DNA of 64,000 bases from Candidatus Spongiisociaceae bacterium (GCA_965202665.1 OZ241841.1:704001-768000); one strand, 5' to 3'. Positions 10,367 through 19,966 are shown, counted from the stretch's first letter. Notes: generated by a model from the letters alone, not told the origin. Made by a program: numbers and translations.

Positions 10367-10401
10367 GGGTTCGCCGCGACCGGGGGAGTCGCGGCGAACC
10401 C
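10367..10401. terminator. 14-bp perfect inverted repeat between convergent genes
   Basis: gggttcgccgcgac-N7-gtcgcggcgaaccc between the stops at 10272 (+) and 10416 (-). Confidence 0.6.
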
Positions 10402-10415
10402 GGGGATGGAGAATG

Positions 10416-11736
10416 TCAGCTGTCGGGTGGGGTGTAGCCGGCCGCTATTAGCCGGGAGCGAATGCCGGCCGGCATGGAAGTTTCCAGAGTGGTGGTGCAT
10501 TCGGCGAGGCAACTGACGTCTTGGACTGTGAATGGGCGGGGCCGCACCGTGAACCAATATTCCTCCGTTGCGTCTTCACTTATTACGGTCCCACCGTAAC
10601 TCATAACCAACTTTACCTCTGGCGAAACCTCGCCCCAATTTCGGCGCTCCCACCATACGATGTTGCCGGGAAGATTGTCGCCCTCGCCAGCATGATCTCT
10701 CCCTACCCAACCACTTTCCTTACCGTACGCCAAAATCCGACCCGTAGGCTGAGTAGTGGTCGTGGCGGCCGAAGTCGTCGTGGTCGTGGTAGTGGTGGTA
10801 GTAGCGGGATCAACCTTGGAATACCTGTACCGGGTCGTCCAGTCACGCACCGCGGACGTAATGGGCAAGCCGCCTTCCGTGATGCAACCTTCCCTGTCGC
10901 CGCAATTCAACTGCACAGCTTCCACATCTTCAATAGTAAGCCGAACGAAAGTAATACTATTTTTCATTTTCAAATTTGCCGTGACGGTTTCGCCCTCGTC
11001 GTTCGTGCCGGTGACTTCCAACCTGGCGTACCCGTTGCTTTGCCACCAGTTGGAAAGCGGCCAATCCCGTTCTCGGTTGTAATCTCGGATTGCCAACTCC
11101 GACCAAACCAAGCTGCCACTCCGACCTTCGGAATCGAACCACCCGGTCTCAAAACCGTATCGGACCAAGTAGCGGGCGTCGGCGGAAGGCGCGGTCGTGG
11201 TAGTGGCCGCACCGGCAGCCGCGGTAGTAGTCGTCGCCTCCGTAGCGGTCGTGGTAGTCGTCGCCTCCGTAGCGGGCGCGGTCGGGTCATTCACTAGCGG
11301 CGGATTCGGATCAACGGGCCCCTCGCCGCCCGGACCGCCCGTCTCACCCGGACCACCGGTCGGTGCGGCGGCGGTGGTAGCAACCGGAGCAATAGTAGTT
11401 ATGGTGGTGGTGGTAATGCCAGCCGCCCGCAATCGGTCCATGCCTCCCCGGAGGAACACGGCCGCGTCGCCCCGGGTCAAACCGGGATGGGCCCGCCTGA
11501 TAACCCGGGCCAACTGCTCCTCGGATATCTGTCGGTCGGGACGGAAAGAACCGTCCGGATAGCCCCGGAACCACCCCTGCGCGTTTGCGTAGTTGATGTC
11601 CGCGCGACGCGGATCCTCAACTTGGATGTCGGTGAAGGAGTTCTGCCCCAGCACCACCCCCCACGCCAATGCCCATCAACACCGCCACCGCCACCGCGGC
11701 GAACCGGGTCGGCTTTCCAAATTTTGACCGCATCAT
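10416..11736 (-). CDS. Secreted SLH-domain, Thr-rich surface protein; signal peptide out of frame at a G6 run
   Basis: SLH motif GWFRGYPDGSFRPDRQIS...LTRGDAAVFL and poly-Thr linkers. RBS AAGGAGG plus ATG at 11736 encode a signal peptide that joins the body only if the G6 run (C run 11657-11662) is G5. Confidence 0.75.
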
Positions 11737-11883
11737 GATGTCCTCCTTAGGGTTCGACGCGACCTGACCGGAGCCGAAACCAGCTCCAATGGATCAGCCT
11801 ATAAACGTTCCAGTTTTAAGTGTCAAACAGGGCCTGGGAGTCGGGCCGAACAGCCTCTCCGCCGGAGAGGGTAACCTGGGAGC

Positions 11884-12870
11884 ATGGTGAAAGTAAGGCT
11901 GTTCGCCGGGTTGCGGGAAACCGCCGGGACCGCCCAATTGGAAATGGAGGGGGCCACCGTGGGCGAGGTGGTGGAGGCCTTGGAACAACGTTTCGGCCCC
12001 GAGTTTTCCCGGAGGATGGAAACGGCCCGGGTGTGGCGAAACGGGGACGAAGCGAACCCGTCCGACCCGGTGGCCGACGGGGACGAAGTGGCCCTCATCC
12101 CCCCCGTCTCCGGCGGCACGGCCGCTTTCGGGGCGATGGCCGGTTCCGAACCGATGTTGCTGGCGGGGATCGTGTCCGGCGTGCTGGCCGTCAACTTCAT
12201 CGGCTCCGCGGCCCTGTTCGCGGCCGCCCTGGCAACGGTGATGATCCTGTGGATTTTGGACCTGTCCCGCACCGCCTCCGCCACCGGCCTGGCGATGGAC
12301 CCCCACCCGCTCCTGGCTTCCCTGGTGGTCTCGGTGGCCGCCACCCGGTTCGAGTTGGCCGGGATGGGGATCGGGGCCATGCTGTCGGTGGCGGCGGTGA
12401 TGGCGTGGGCCATGGCGCGCCCCGCCGCCCGCGACCTGACCTCCTTGGCCGCCTCCGCCTTGGCCGCCCTCTTCGTCTCCCTGGGAACGTCTTCCCTGCT
12501 CATCGCCCGCCTGTCCACCGACGGCGACCAGAAGGTGGCCGGTTTCATCATCGTCGTCACCGCCGGCACGCTGGCCTCCGGCCTGGCCGCCCGCTGGGGC
12601 AACCGGGTCATCGACCCGTCCATCGCGGTGGTTCCGTCGGTGTTGCCCGCCGCCCTGCTGGTGGCCTGGCTGGCCGGTTTCAACCTGCTGGGATGGTTCT
12701 TCATCGGCCTGCTCATGATTCCGGCCCTGATCGCCGGACAGGGCATCGGCTCCGCTTTTCGCACCGGCCTGGCCCATCCCACCTCCCCGCCGGGCGGCGT
12801 CCTGCCTTTGCTGGACGGCCCGCTGGCCGTGGCGGGATTGTTCGCCCCCCTGCTCTGGTTGCTGGCCTGA
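11884..12870 (+). CDS. MoaD/ThiS ubiquitin-like domain fused to a multi-TM (CdsA-like?) domain
   Basis: MVKVRLFAGLRE...DGDEVALIPPVSGG followed in frame by ~250 hydrophobic residues. Confidence 0.75.
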   Translation: MVKVRLFAGLRETAGTAQLEMEGATVGEVVEALEQRFGPEFSRRMETARVWRNGDEANPSDPVADGDEVALIPPVSGGTAAFGAMAGSEPMLLAGIVSGVLAVNFIGSAALFAAALATVMILWILDLSRTASATGLAMDPHPLLASLVVSVAATRFELAGMGIGAMLSVAAVMAWAMARPAARDLTSLAASALAALFVSLGTSSLLIARLSTDGDQKVAGFIIVVTAGTLASGLAARWGNRVIDPSIAVVPSVLPAALLVAWLAGFNLLGWFFIGLLMIPALIAGQGIGSAFRTGLAHPTSPPGGVLPLLDGPLAVAGLFAPLLWLLA

Positions 12871-12954
12871 TCCGGCCCGTCCGCCGCCCCTTGCCCGCCT
12901 TCCTCAAAATTTTTCTTGAAAATAAAGCCGGGGCCGGGTTAGCCTAAGCGGACA

Positions 12955-14079
12955 ATGTCAACCAGAACCCGAGCCGGGACGGCCGCCCTGCTCCTGCTAA
13001 TAGGAGTGGTAGGAGCCTCCTCCCCCACCGATGCGGTGACCAAGGCCGAAGTGGACGCGGCCTGCTCCGAATACCGGGATGCCAAAGACCGCTTGGACAC
13101 GGCCACCGCCGCCCGCGACCTGGCCACCGCCCGCTACGCCGAACTCTATTCCGACTTGGAGGAAACCTCCTACCGGGAGGAGCAGCTGACCGAACAGTTG
13201 CGGGAACGGGACGCGTTGGTGGAAGTGCGGGAACGGCAACTGGTGGAACAGGCGGTGGAGTTGTACATGGCGGCCGGGGCCGATCAGGGGCTGGAGGCGT
13301 CCCTGCTGGACGCGCGCACCGCCGACGAACTGATTCTCCGACAGGAGTTCCTGTCCTCCGTCACCACCCGGGGCCTGTCCGCCATCAGCGACATTCTGGC
13401 TTTGCAAACCCGGACCGAGGCGATGCGGAACGAACTGGCGGCCAGTGCCGACCGACTGGCCGTGCTGGAAGCGGAGGCGGGGGCGGTGGCCGCCGCCCTG
13501 TCCGCCGCCCAGCAGGAGTCGTTGGCCGCCGCCTCCGAACTGAAAGGGGAATGCAACCGCCTTTATTGGCAACGGGAGCGGGAGTTGGCCCGGCAACGGG
13601 CACTGGAAGCGGCCCGGGCCGCCGCCCGGCGGGCCAGCGGCGCGGCCGGGGTCGCCCAAAGCATCACCCCCGGTTTCCTCTGCCCCATGAACCCGGCCGC
13701 TTCCTCCTTCGTCAACGACTGGGGGAATCCCCGCTCCGGGGGGCGCACCCACAAGGGCAACGACCTGTTCGCCCCCATGGGCCAGCCCATGTACGCGGTG
13801 GCCAACGGGACCATCACTTTGACCAGGGGCGGATTGGGCGGATTGGGCATCTGGCTGTCCGCCGACCACGGAGTGGACTATTACTACGCCCATCTGAACG
13901 GCTACGCCCCGGGAATCGGAACCGGGACCAGGGTGCAACGGGGGCAGACCATCGGTTACAACGGCGACAGCGGCAACGCCCGGGGCGGCGCGCCGCACCT
14001 GCATTTCCAGATTCATCCGGGGGGCCGGGCCAGCCGGCCGGTCAACCCTTACCCGACCCTGTCGCGGGCCTGCAGGTAA
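12955..14079 (+). CDS. Coiled-coil M23 peptidoglycan endopeptidase
   Basis: Signal peptide, long coiled coil, HKGND, YAHL, HLHF zinc motifs. Confidence 0.9.
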   Translation: MSTRTRAGTAALLLLIGVVGASSPTDAVTKAEVDAACSEYRDAKDRLDTATAARDLATARYAELYSDLEETSYREEQLTEQLRERDALVEVRERQLVEQAVELYMAAGADQGLEASLLDARTADELILRQEFLSSVTTRGLSAISDILALQTRTEAMRNELAASADRLAVLEAEAGAVAAALSAAQQESLAAASELKGECNRLYWQRERELARQRALEAARAAARRASGAAGVAQSITPGFLCPMNPAASSFVNDWGNPRSGGRTHKGNDLFAPMGQPMYAVANGTITLTRGGLGGLGIWLSADHGVDYYYAHLNGYAPGIGTGTRVQRGQTIGYNGDSGNARGGAPHLHFQIHPGGRASRPVNPYPTLSRACR

Positions 14080-14083
14080 AACG

Positions 14084-14998
14084 GTGGGGGGCGGCCCGTC
14101 CGACGCGCCGCGTTTCCCCGGCCGCCCGCCGGCGGCCGCCCCGTCGATAGGCCCCTTCGCCGACCCGTTTTTTCTGGAAACCATCTGGCGGCGCACCGCC
14201 CGCCCCGGCCAGCGCCCGATCGTCCTGGCCGACGACCGGGGAAGCGCGGTCTTGGTGGAGGAAGCGGACGGCCTGTCCCTGGTGGGGCACGAGGACCTGG
14301 TGGACTACCGGTCGCCGCGGGGGGACGCCTCCGGCCTTTTGGCCGACTACCTGCGGGGGGAAGGCGGCGGACGGCGGATGCGGTTCGATTCTTTGCCCCG
14401 GGAAGCGGCCCGGATTTTCGAGACGGCCCTGCAACGGGCCGGGGCGGAATTCTCCGTTGCGGAACACGCCACGGCGGCGGTGATGCGCCTGCCCGGCTCC
14501 TACGAGGACTACCTGACCGGCCTGGGTAAAAAGGAACGGCACGAAACCCGGCGCAAACTCCGCCGGTTTCAGGCCGGCCTGGGCGCCCCCCGCCTGGCCG
14601 TCCATCACCGGCCGGGGCCGCACCTGGACCGGTTTTTCGAATTGCATCGGATGGCCGACGGGCCGAAAGGGTCGTTTATGACGCCGGCGATGGAAGCCCT
14701 GTTCGCCGATCTGCTGTCCGGGGAGGGGTGGCGGCTGGACGTCCTAACCGGGGAGGAGGGGGAGATGGCGGCCGCTTCCTTCGGATACGCCGACCGGGAA
14801 GGCTATTACCTGTACAATTCGTCTTACGATCCGCGCCTGCGGGGGGAGTCGCCGGGGGCGGTCCTGCTGACTTTGCTGGTGAAGCGGGCCATCGAGGAGG
14901 GACGGGAAGTGTTCGACTTTCTGAAAGGGGCGGAAACCTACAAATACCGCATGGGGGCGCAGGCCCGCCCCCTCTTTTTGATAGAAGGTTCCGCCTGA
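14084..14998 (+). CDS. GNAT acetyltransferase (CelD/BcsL-like)
   Basis: YEDYL..LGKKERHE.RRKLRR, SPGAVLL, FDFLKGAETYKYRMG. Confidence 0.8.
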   Translation: MGGGPSDAPRFPGRPPAAAPSIGPFADPFFLETIWRRTARPGQRPIVLADDRGSAVLVEEADGLSLVGHEDLVDYRSPRGDASGLLADYLRGEGGGRRMRFDSLPREAARIFETALQRAGAEFSVAEHATAAVMRLPGSYEDYLTGLGKKERHETRRKLRRFQAGLGAPRLAVHHRPGPHLDRFFELHRMADGPKGSFMTPAMEALFADLLSGEGWRLDVLTGEEGEMAAASFGYADREGYYLYNSSYDPRLRGESPGAVLLTLLVKRAIEEGREVFDFLKGAETYKYRMGAQARPLFLIEGSA

Positions 14999-15056
14999 AC
15001 CCGACCGGCGGGGCGGCGGGCGCGTAAAGTTTCAGCGGTATGGGCGGGCAAAGGAT

Positions 15057-16292
15057 ATGAGCGGCGGAACCATCCGGCGGGTGGCTTTCCTGTCCATGCA
15101 CACCTCCCCCCTGGATCAGCCGGGGACGGGGGAAGCGGGGGGGATGAACGTGTACATGGACGACTTGGGGACGGCCTTGGCGCGCCGGGGGGTGGAAACC
15201 ACCGTGTTCACCCGGCGGAGCGACCCTTCCCCGCCGAAGACGATGGAGACGGCGGGCGGATACCGGGTGACGCAGGTGGACGCCGGGCCGCCCTGGGCCT
15301 TGCCGGCGGGCGACCTGCCGATGTGGGTGGAAGAATACGCGGGGCGGGTGATCGAAGAGATGCGGGAGGAAGGGGGATTTGATTTGGCGCACAGCCACTA
15401 CTGGCTGTCCGGTTGGGCGGGGCGGATGGTCAAACAGGCCCTGGATTTGCCGTTGGCCAACTCTTTTCACACGCTGGGGCGGGTGAAAGACGCCACCCGG
15501 CGCCCCGGCCAGCCCCCCGAACCGCTGGGCCGCATCGCCGCCGAACATGAGGTGATAGCGGCCGCCGACTGCGTGATCGTCTCCAGCGAATACGAGGCCG
15601 ATGAGCTGATCGGCCATTACCGGGCCGACCCGGGCCGGGTGTGCATCAACCCGCCCGGCATCGACTTGGGCCTGTTCCGGCCCGGCGGCCGGACGGCCGC
15701 CCGTCGGGAGCTGGGCATGGGGGACGGGCCCCTGGTCCTGTTCGCGGGGCGCATCCAACCGCTGAAAGGGGCGGATGTGGCGGTGCGGGCTTTGGCGGCG
15801 GTGCGGGAGGTTCTGCCCGGGGCGAAGCTGGCCTTGGTGGGCGGGCCGAGCGGCCCGGACGGGGAAACCGAACTGGCCGCCCTGCGACGGGAGGCGGCGC
15901 GGCTGGGAGCGGAGGGGGCGGTGTCTTTATACGGCCCCCGCCCGCATCGGGAAATGCCCCTTTTCTATCAGGCGGCGGACGCGTTGGCGGTTCCTTCCCG
16001 GAGCGAATCTTTCTGCCTGGTGGCGGTGGAAGGGCAGGCCTGCGGGACGCCGGTGGTGGCCGCCAACGTGGGCGGGTTGCGTTACGTGGTGGCCGACCGG
16101 CGGTCGGGGATCCTGGTGGACGGGTGGGAGGCGGCCGACTACGGCAAAGCCCTGCTGTCGGTACTGGACTCCCCCGCCCTGCGGGAGGAACTGTCGGCGG
16201 GGGCGGCCGCCAACGCGCAGCGGTTCGGATGGGAGGTGTCCGCCGGGCGGCTGCTGGAGTTGTATCGGGGAATCGTGGATGGCGCGGGTTGA
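15057..16292 (+). CDS. mshA: D-inositol-3-phosphate glycosyltransferase (GT4)
   Basis: SMHTSPLDQPGTGEAGGMNVY, HSHYWLSG, GRIQPLKG, SRSESF; followed by a YbjN-like gene as in other actinobacteria. Confidence 0.88.
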   Translation: MSGGTIRRVAFLSMHTSPLDQPGTGEAGGMNVYMDDLGTALARRGVETTVFTRRSDPSPPKTMETAGGYRVTQVDAGPPWALPAGDLPMWVEEYAGRVIEEMREEGGFDLAHSHYWLSGWAGRMVKQALDLPLANSFHTLGRVKDATRRPGQPPEPLGRIAAEHEVIAAADCVIVSSEYEADELIGHYRADPGRVCINPPGIDLGLFRPGGRTAARRELGMGDGPLVLFAGRIQPLKGADVAVRALAAVREVLPGAKLALVGGPSGPDGETELAALRREAARLGAEGAVSLYGPRPHREMPLFYQAADALAVPSRSESFCLVAVEGQACGTPVVAANVGGLRYVVADRRSGILVDGWEAADYGKALLSVLDSPALREELSAGAAANAQRFGWEVSAGRLLELYRGIVDGAG

Positions 16293-16710
16293 CCGGGCGC
16301 GGCTGACCGAACGGCTGGGAACGATTTTCACCGCCTGGGCGGAGGATCCCGACAGCGATGTGGTGGCCGCCGAACTGGTGGAGGGGCGGTGGGCGGTGCG
16401 GATGGCCCAGCACGTCCGCGATTTCACCACCGTGTGGGTCATCCCCGGGGACCTGACCGCGTCGTTCGAAGCCTACGTGTCGCCGCCTCCGCCCCGGCGG
16501 CGGGAAGAGGTGCTGCGCCTGTTGCTGTTCCGCAACCACGCCGCCTGGCGGGTTCATTTCGCGGTGGACCGGGCGGGCGAGATTTACCTGCGGGGCAAAC
16601 TGGAGGCGGAGCGGGCCGACGAGGAGGCCCTGCAATACGTGTTCGCCGAGATCTACCAGCTGGTGGAGCTGACTTTCCGCCTCATCATCCAAACCGGCTT
16701 CGCCCGCTGA
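16279..16710 (+). CDS. YbjN-domain protein
   Basis: MARVDRA...EAYVSPPP...LLFRNH..WRVHFAVDRAGEIYLRG; ATG 16279 overlaps the mshA stop. Confidence 0.75.
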   Translation: MARVDRARLTERLGTIFTAWAEDPDSDVVAAELVEGRWAVRMAQHVRDFTTVWVIPGDLTASFEAYVSPPPPRRREEVLRLLLFRNHAAWRVHFAVDRAGEIYLRGKLEAERADEEALQYVFAEIYQLVELTFRLIIQTGFAR

Positions 16711-16754
16711 GCCGGACGGCGGTTTCGGGAACGCGAAAAATATCTTTCCCAAAC

Positions 16755-16860
16755 TTTTCTACAGGGGTTGTGCACAAAGCCGGGGGAAATCGTGGATAAC
16801 TGCCCAAAATAAAGAGTTTAGAGATAGATAACATTATTTAGATGTGTTTTTAGTATGGTT
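16755..16860. promoter_or_regulatory. DnaA-box-like cluster followed by an AT-rich tract
   Basis: TTTTCTACA (16755), TTGTGCACA (16768), CGTGGATAA (16791), then ~55 nt of strongly AT-rich sequence. Confidence 0.45.
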
Positions 16861-16894
16861 CACATAAAGCCGGGGGTAGGCTATGGTGGGGCTG

Positions 16895-16978
16895 GCAAGC
16901 CCGAGGTGCCTGCGAGCGGCCCAATCCGTCAGGGGAAGTGCGGAACAAGCCGAACAAGGGTTCCTCGGGCTTTGCCTT
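16895..16978. ncRNA. Candidate rod-shaped structured RNA of unknown family
   Basis: ggcaagcccgagg...cctcgggctttgcc closing stem with nested cggc/gccg and tccg/cgga stems; TATGGT hexamer just upstream. Confidence 0.4.
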
Positions 16979-17008
16979 TATGATGGGGGTTTCACCTAGC
17001 AGGGAGAT

Positions 17009-17833
17009 ATGACCGAACGCCCGCCCAACCGCCCTATCACTTTCCTGTCCGACTTCGGCTTCGCCGACGAGTTCGTGGGGGTGGTGCACGGGGTGATGGC
17101 CGCCATCGCCCCCGGTTGCCGGATAATCGACCTGCATCATCGGATCCCGGCCGGCAACGTGCGGGCGGGGGCTTTGGCTTTGATGCGGGCCATCCAGTAC
17201 ATGCCGCCGGGGGTGGCTTTGGCGGTGGTGGACCCGGGGGTGGGAACCGACCGGCGGGCGATCGCGTTGGAAACCGAGTGGGGGCATCTGGTGGGCCCGG
17301 ACAACGGCCTGCTTTCCCCGGCCGCCGCCCTGCTGGGCGGGGCGACCGCCGCCCATTCCATAGAAAACCCGGAGGTCCTGCTGCCGGGCCGGGGGGCGAC
17401 TTTCGAAGGGCGGGACCGGTTCGCCCCGGCGGCGGCGGTGCTGGCCGCCGGGGAAGCGGAGCTGGCCGAGTTGGGCCCGGCGGCGGACCCGCATTCCCTG
17501 ACCCCCCTGTTGCTGCCGTTGGCGGAAGTGGAGGAGGGCCGGGTGACCGGCCAGGCGTGGTGGGTGGACGGGTTCGGCAACGTGCAGACCAACATCTCCC
17601 CCGACGACCTAGCGGAAGCGGGCATCGCCCCGGAGAGCGAAGTGACGGTGCGGGTAGGCTCCGCCGAATACCAGGTCCCCTGGACCGACGCCTACGGAGA
17701 CGTCGGAGCGGGCGCCGCCCTGATGCACGTGGATTCCTCCGGCCTGATGGCCCTAGCCGTCCGAGGCGGCCGAGCCGACCGCCGCTTCCACCTATCAGAA
17801 TCCACCGCCGTAACCTTCACCTCCGCCCAATAG
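17009..17833 (+). CDS. SAM hydrolase / SAM-dependent halogenase family (DUF62)
   Basis: FLSDFG, AVVDPGVGTDRR, GPDNGL, TFEGRDRFAPAAA, VDGFGNVQTN. Confidence 0.9.
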   Translation: MTERPPNRPITFLSDFGFADEFVGVVHGVMAAIAPGCRIIDLHHRIPAGNVRAGALALMRAIQYMPPGVALAVVDPGVGTDRRAIALETEWGHLVGPDNGLLSPAAALLGGATAAHSIENPEVLLPGRGATFEGRDRFAPAAAVLAAGEAELAELGPAADPHSLTPLLLPLAEVEEGRVTGQAWWVDGFGNVQTNISPDDLAEAGIAPESEVTVRVGSAEYQVPWTDAYGDVGAGAALMHVDSSGLMALAVRGGRADRRFHLSESTAVTFTSAQ

Positions 17834-17867
17834 ATATTTGCCCGGCCAGGGTGGTAAGATTGCGGGC

Positions 17868-18194
17868 ATGCGGAACATCAATCTGGATTTAACCGCCATA
17901 GAACATTTCTGCCGGAAATGGCGCATCTCCGAGATGTGCCTGTTCGGTTCCGTCCTGCGCGGCGATTTCAACGAGGGGAGCGATGTGGACGTTCTGGTTT
18001 CCTACGAGGGAGATCACTACCTCGACCGCCCCACGCGCCTCAAAGCACAAGAAGAGCTGTCCGCCATTTTGGGCCGCAAAGTGGACTGGGTGAACCGGTT
18101 GGCTTTGTCCGACGAATGGGCCGCCAGCTGGTCGCCAAAACCGATAAGGGAAGAAATACTAAAAACCGCCCAGGTAATATATGCACACGCGTGA
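17868..18194 (+). CDS. Minimal nucleotidyltransferase antitoxin (MntA-like)
   Basis: LFGSVLRGDF...SDVDVLV, LGRKVD. Confidence 0.88.
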   Translation: MRNINLDLTAIEHFCRKWRISEMCLFGSVLRGDFNEGSDVDVLVSYEGDHYLDRPTRLKAQEELSAILGRKVDWVNRLALSDEWAASWSPKPIREEILKTAQVIYAHA

Positions 18195-18534
18195 TATGTC
18201 AGACGAACAACGGCTGGAGATGATAGCAAGACACATTCCGGCATTACTGGATCTCACATCAATGAATCGCTATGAATTTATTAGATATGTCAACAGCGAC
18301 ACTCGAATAGGATATGGAGTTAGCAAAGCCTTGGAATTAGTAGGCGAAGCAGCATATTATATGACGACTAACGGGAAGATTACTTATTCAGAAATTGATT
18401 TTGAATACTGGGAAAACTGGCGACACGCTATTACGCATGCTTATGACAGTGTAGATTTTCGGGAAGTTTGGGAAACGATCTGGCAAAAGGTTCCTAGATT
18501 ATATAAAACACTTCAACAATACGGTCTGATATAA
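18181..18534 (+). CDS. HEPN/DUF86 RNase toxin (HepT-like)
   Basis: LELVGEAA and RHAITHAY (RX4HXY); overlaps the MNT gene; AT-rich. Confidence 0.85.
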   Translation: MHTRDMSDEQRLEMIARHIPALLDLTSMNRYEFIRYVNSDTRIGYGVSKALELVGEAAYYMTTNGKITYSEIDFEYWENWRHAITHAYDSVDFREVWETIWQKVPRLYKTLQQYGLI

Positions 18535-18600
18535 AAATTAGTAAAAACTATTCTTTTACTATCCGCTAAGATAAATTATGTCGTTTAGGCAACTTTTCAA

Positions 18601-19098
18601 TCATTTTACCTCATCTAAATCAGGGGCTTTTGGTGGGAGGAGGGTGAATTGGGCTTTTAGGGTTCCTACGGTTTTGCCTTGGGCGGTTACTTCTACTTTC
18701 ACGTCCAGGCGGGCTTTGCCTCCCTTTTCCAGGGCGGGGCGCAACTTGGACCATTGGCCGTCTGTGATTTCGGTTTGGGCTACGGGGTCGGCGGCGGCCG
18801 GTCGGTGATAGGAGTATTCACTGCGGCGCACCACTATGCGGTGCTGCCATCCCTCCCGGCGCAGGCGGTTCAGCGCCGCCGCGGCGGCCGTCAGCAGGCC
18901 CAGGGCGTTCAGGCTGCCGCCGAACACCGTCCCTTCGTGGTTGATGTTGGGCCGGAGCGGGATGGTCAACCGGGCGCTCCCCTCCTGCAGCCGGATCACC
19001 CGCACCCCCATCGCCGCCGACAGGGGCGCCGCGCGGTGCAGCCATTCGGTCATCTCCCCGGGCGTCATCCCCTCCCCTTGCCCAATATGAAACTTCAT
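18601..19098 (-). CDS. YiiD C-terminal-like hotdog thioesterase
   Basis: PLSAAMG...PLRPNINHEGTVFGGSL. Confidence 0.8.
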   Translation of the reverse strand: MKFHIGQGEGMTPGEMTEWLHRAAPLSAAMGVRVIRLQEGSARLTIPLRPNINHEGTVFGGSLNALGLLTAAAAALNRLRREGWQHRIVVRRSEYSYHRPAAADPVAQTEITDGQWSKLRPALEKGGKARLDVKVEVTAQGKTVGTLKAQFTLLPPKAPDLDEVK

Positions 19099-19138
19099 TG
19101 CCCGGCAAAACCTAGCGGGGCGGGTAGCCTCCCCCCTT

Positions 19139-19966
19139 ATGAAAATCGGATACCAGGGCGAAGGCGGCTCCTATTCGGCCCGCGCCGCCGGGGAACTTTT
19201 TCCCGGCCGCGAGCACATCGGATACCCCGGGTTCGCCCACGCTTTCAACGCCCTCCAAGACGGCTCGGCGGAACGGCTGGTGCTCCCCTTCGAAAACTCC
19301 ACCACCGGGAGCGTGTTGCCGGTGCTGGACCGCCTCACCCGCTATCCGGTGGCCATCATCGGCGAACACCTCATCCAGGTGCGCCACGCCCTGATCGGCT
19401 TGCCCGGCGCCGCCGTGGACGGCATCCGAAAAATCAGTTCCCACCCCCAGGCCCTGGCCCAAGCCGAAGACCGGATCGAACGGCGGGGCTGGGAACCGGC
19501 CCCCGCCCACGACACGGCCGGAGCGGTGCGGCAGGTGGCCGCCGCCGCCGACCCCGCTTTGGCCGCCCTGGCCCCCCCGGAGTCGGCCGCCGAACACGGG
19601 CTGGCGGTGCTGGCCACCGACTTTATGGACCGGGAACACAACACCACCCGCTTCGTGGTGCTCACCCTCGGCGAACATCCGATCGCGGAGGACGCCGACA
19701 AAACCTCGTTCGTGTTCGCCACCGCCCACACCCCGGGCGCCCTGGCCCTGTCCCTGGCCGAACTGGGCCTGCGGGGGGCCAACCTCACCCATTTGGAATC
19801 CCGCCCCGGCCGGGAAGCCTGGAAATACTATTTCTACGCCGACATGCTCCATCCCCCCGGCCCGCAGGGGGTTAAAGAAATGTTGGAACCTCCGCTGGCC
19901 ACCGTGTCCGACCTGCGGGTGCTGGGAACTTACCGCTCGGTCGACCTCGGCCAACCGCCCCGCTGA
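19139..19966 (+). CDS. pheA: Prephenate dehydratase
   Basis: PFENSTTGSV, SHPQALAQ, NTTRF, ACT domain NLTHLESRP. Confidence 0.93.
   Translation: MKIGYQGEGGSYSARAAGELFPGREHIGYPGFAHAFNALQDGSAERLVLPFENSTTGSVLPVLDRLTRYPVAIIGEHLIQVRHALIGLPGAAVDGIRKISSHPQALAQAEDRIERRGWEPAPAHDTAGAVRQVAAAADPALAALAPPESAAEHGLAVLATDFMDREHNTTRFVVLTLGEHPIAEDADKTSFVFATAHTPGALALSLAELGLRGANLTHLESRPGREAWKYYFYADMLHPPGPQGVKEMLEPPLATVSDLRVLGTYRSVDLGQPPR

Noticed and set aside
16895-16978. SRP (4.5S) RNA or SAM riboswitch
   Set aside because: The conserved SRP domain IV and SAM-I/IV motifs are not recognisable; kept only as an unassigned candidate.
17009-17833. True fluorinase/chlorinase
   Set aside because: Housekeeping context and generic DUF62 motifs; halogenase specificity cannot be supported from sequence alone.
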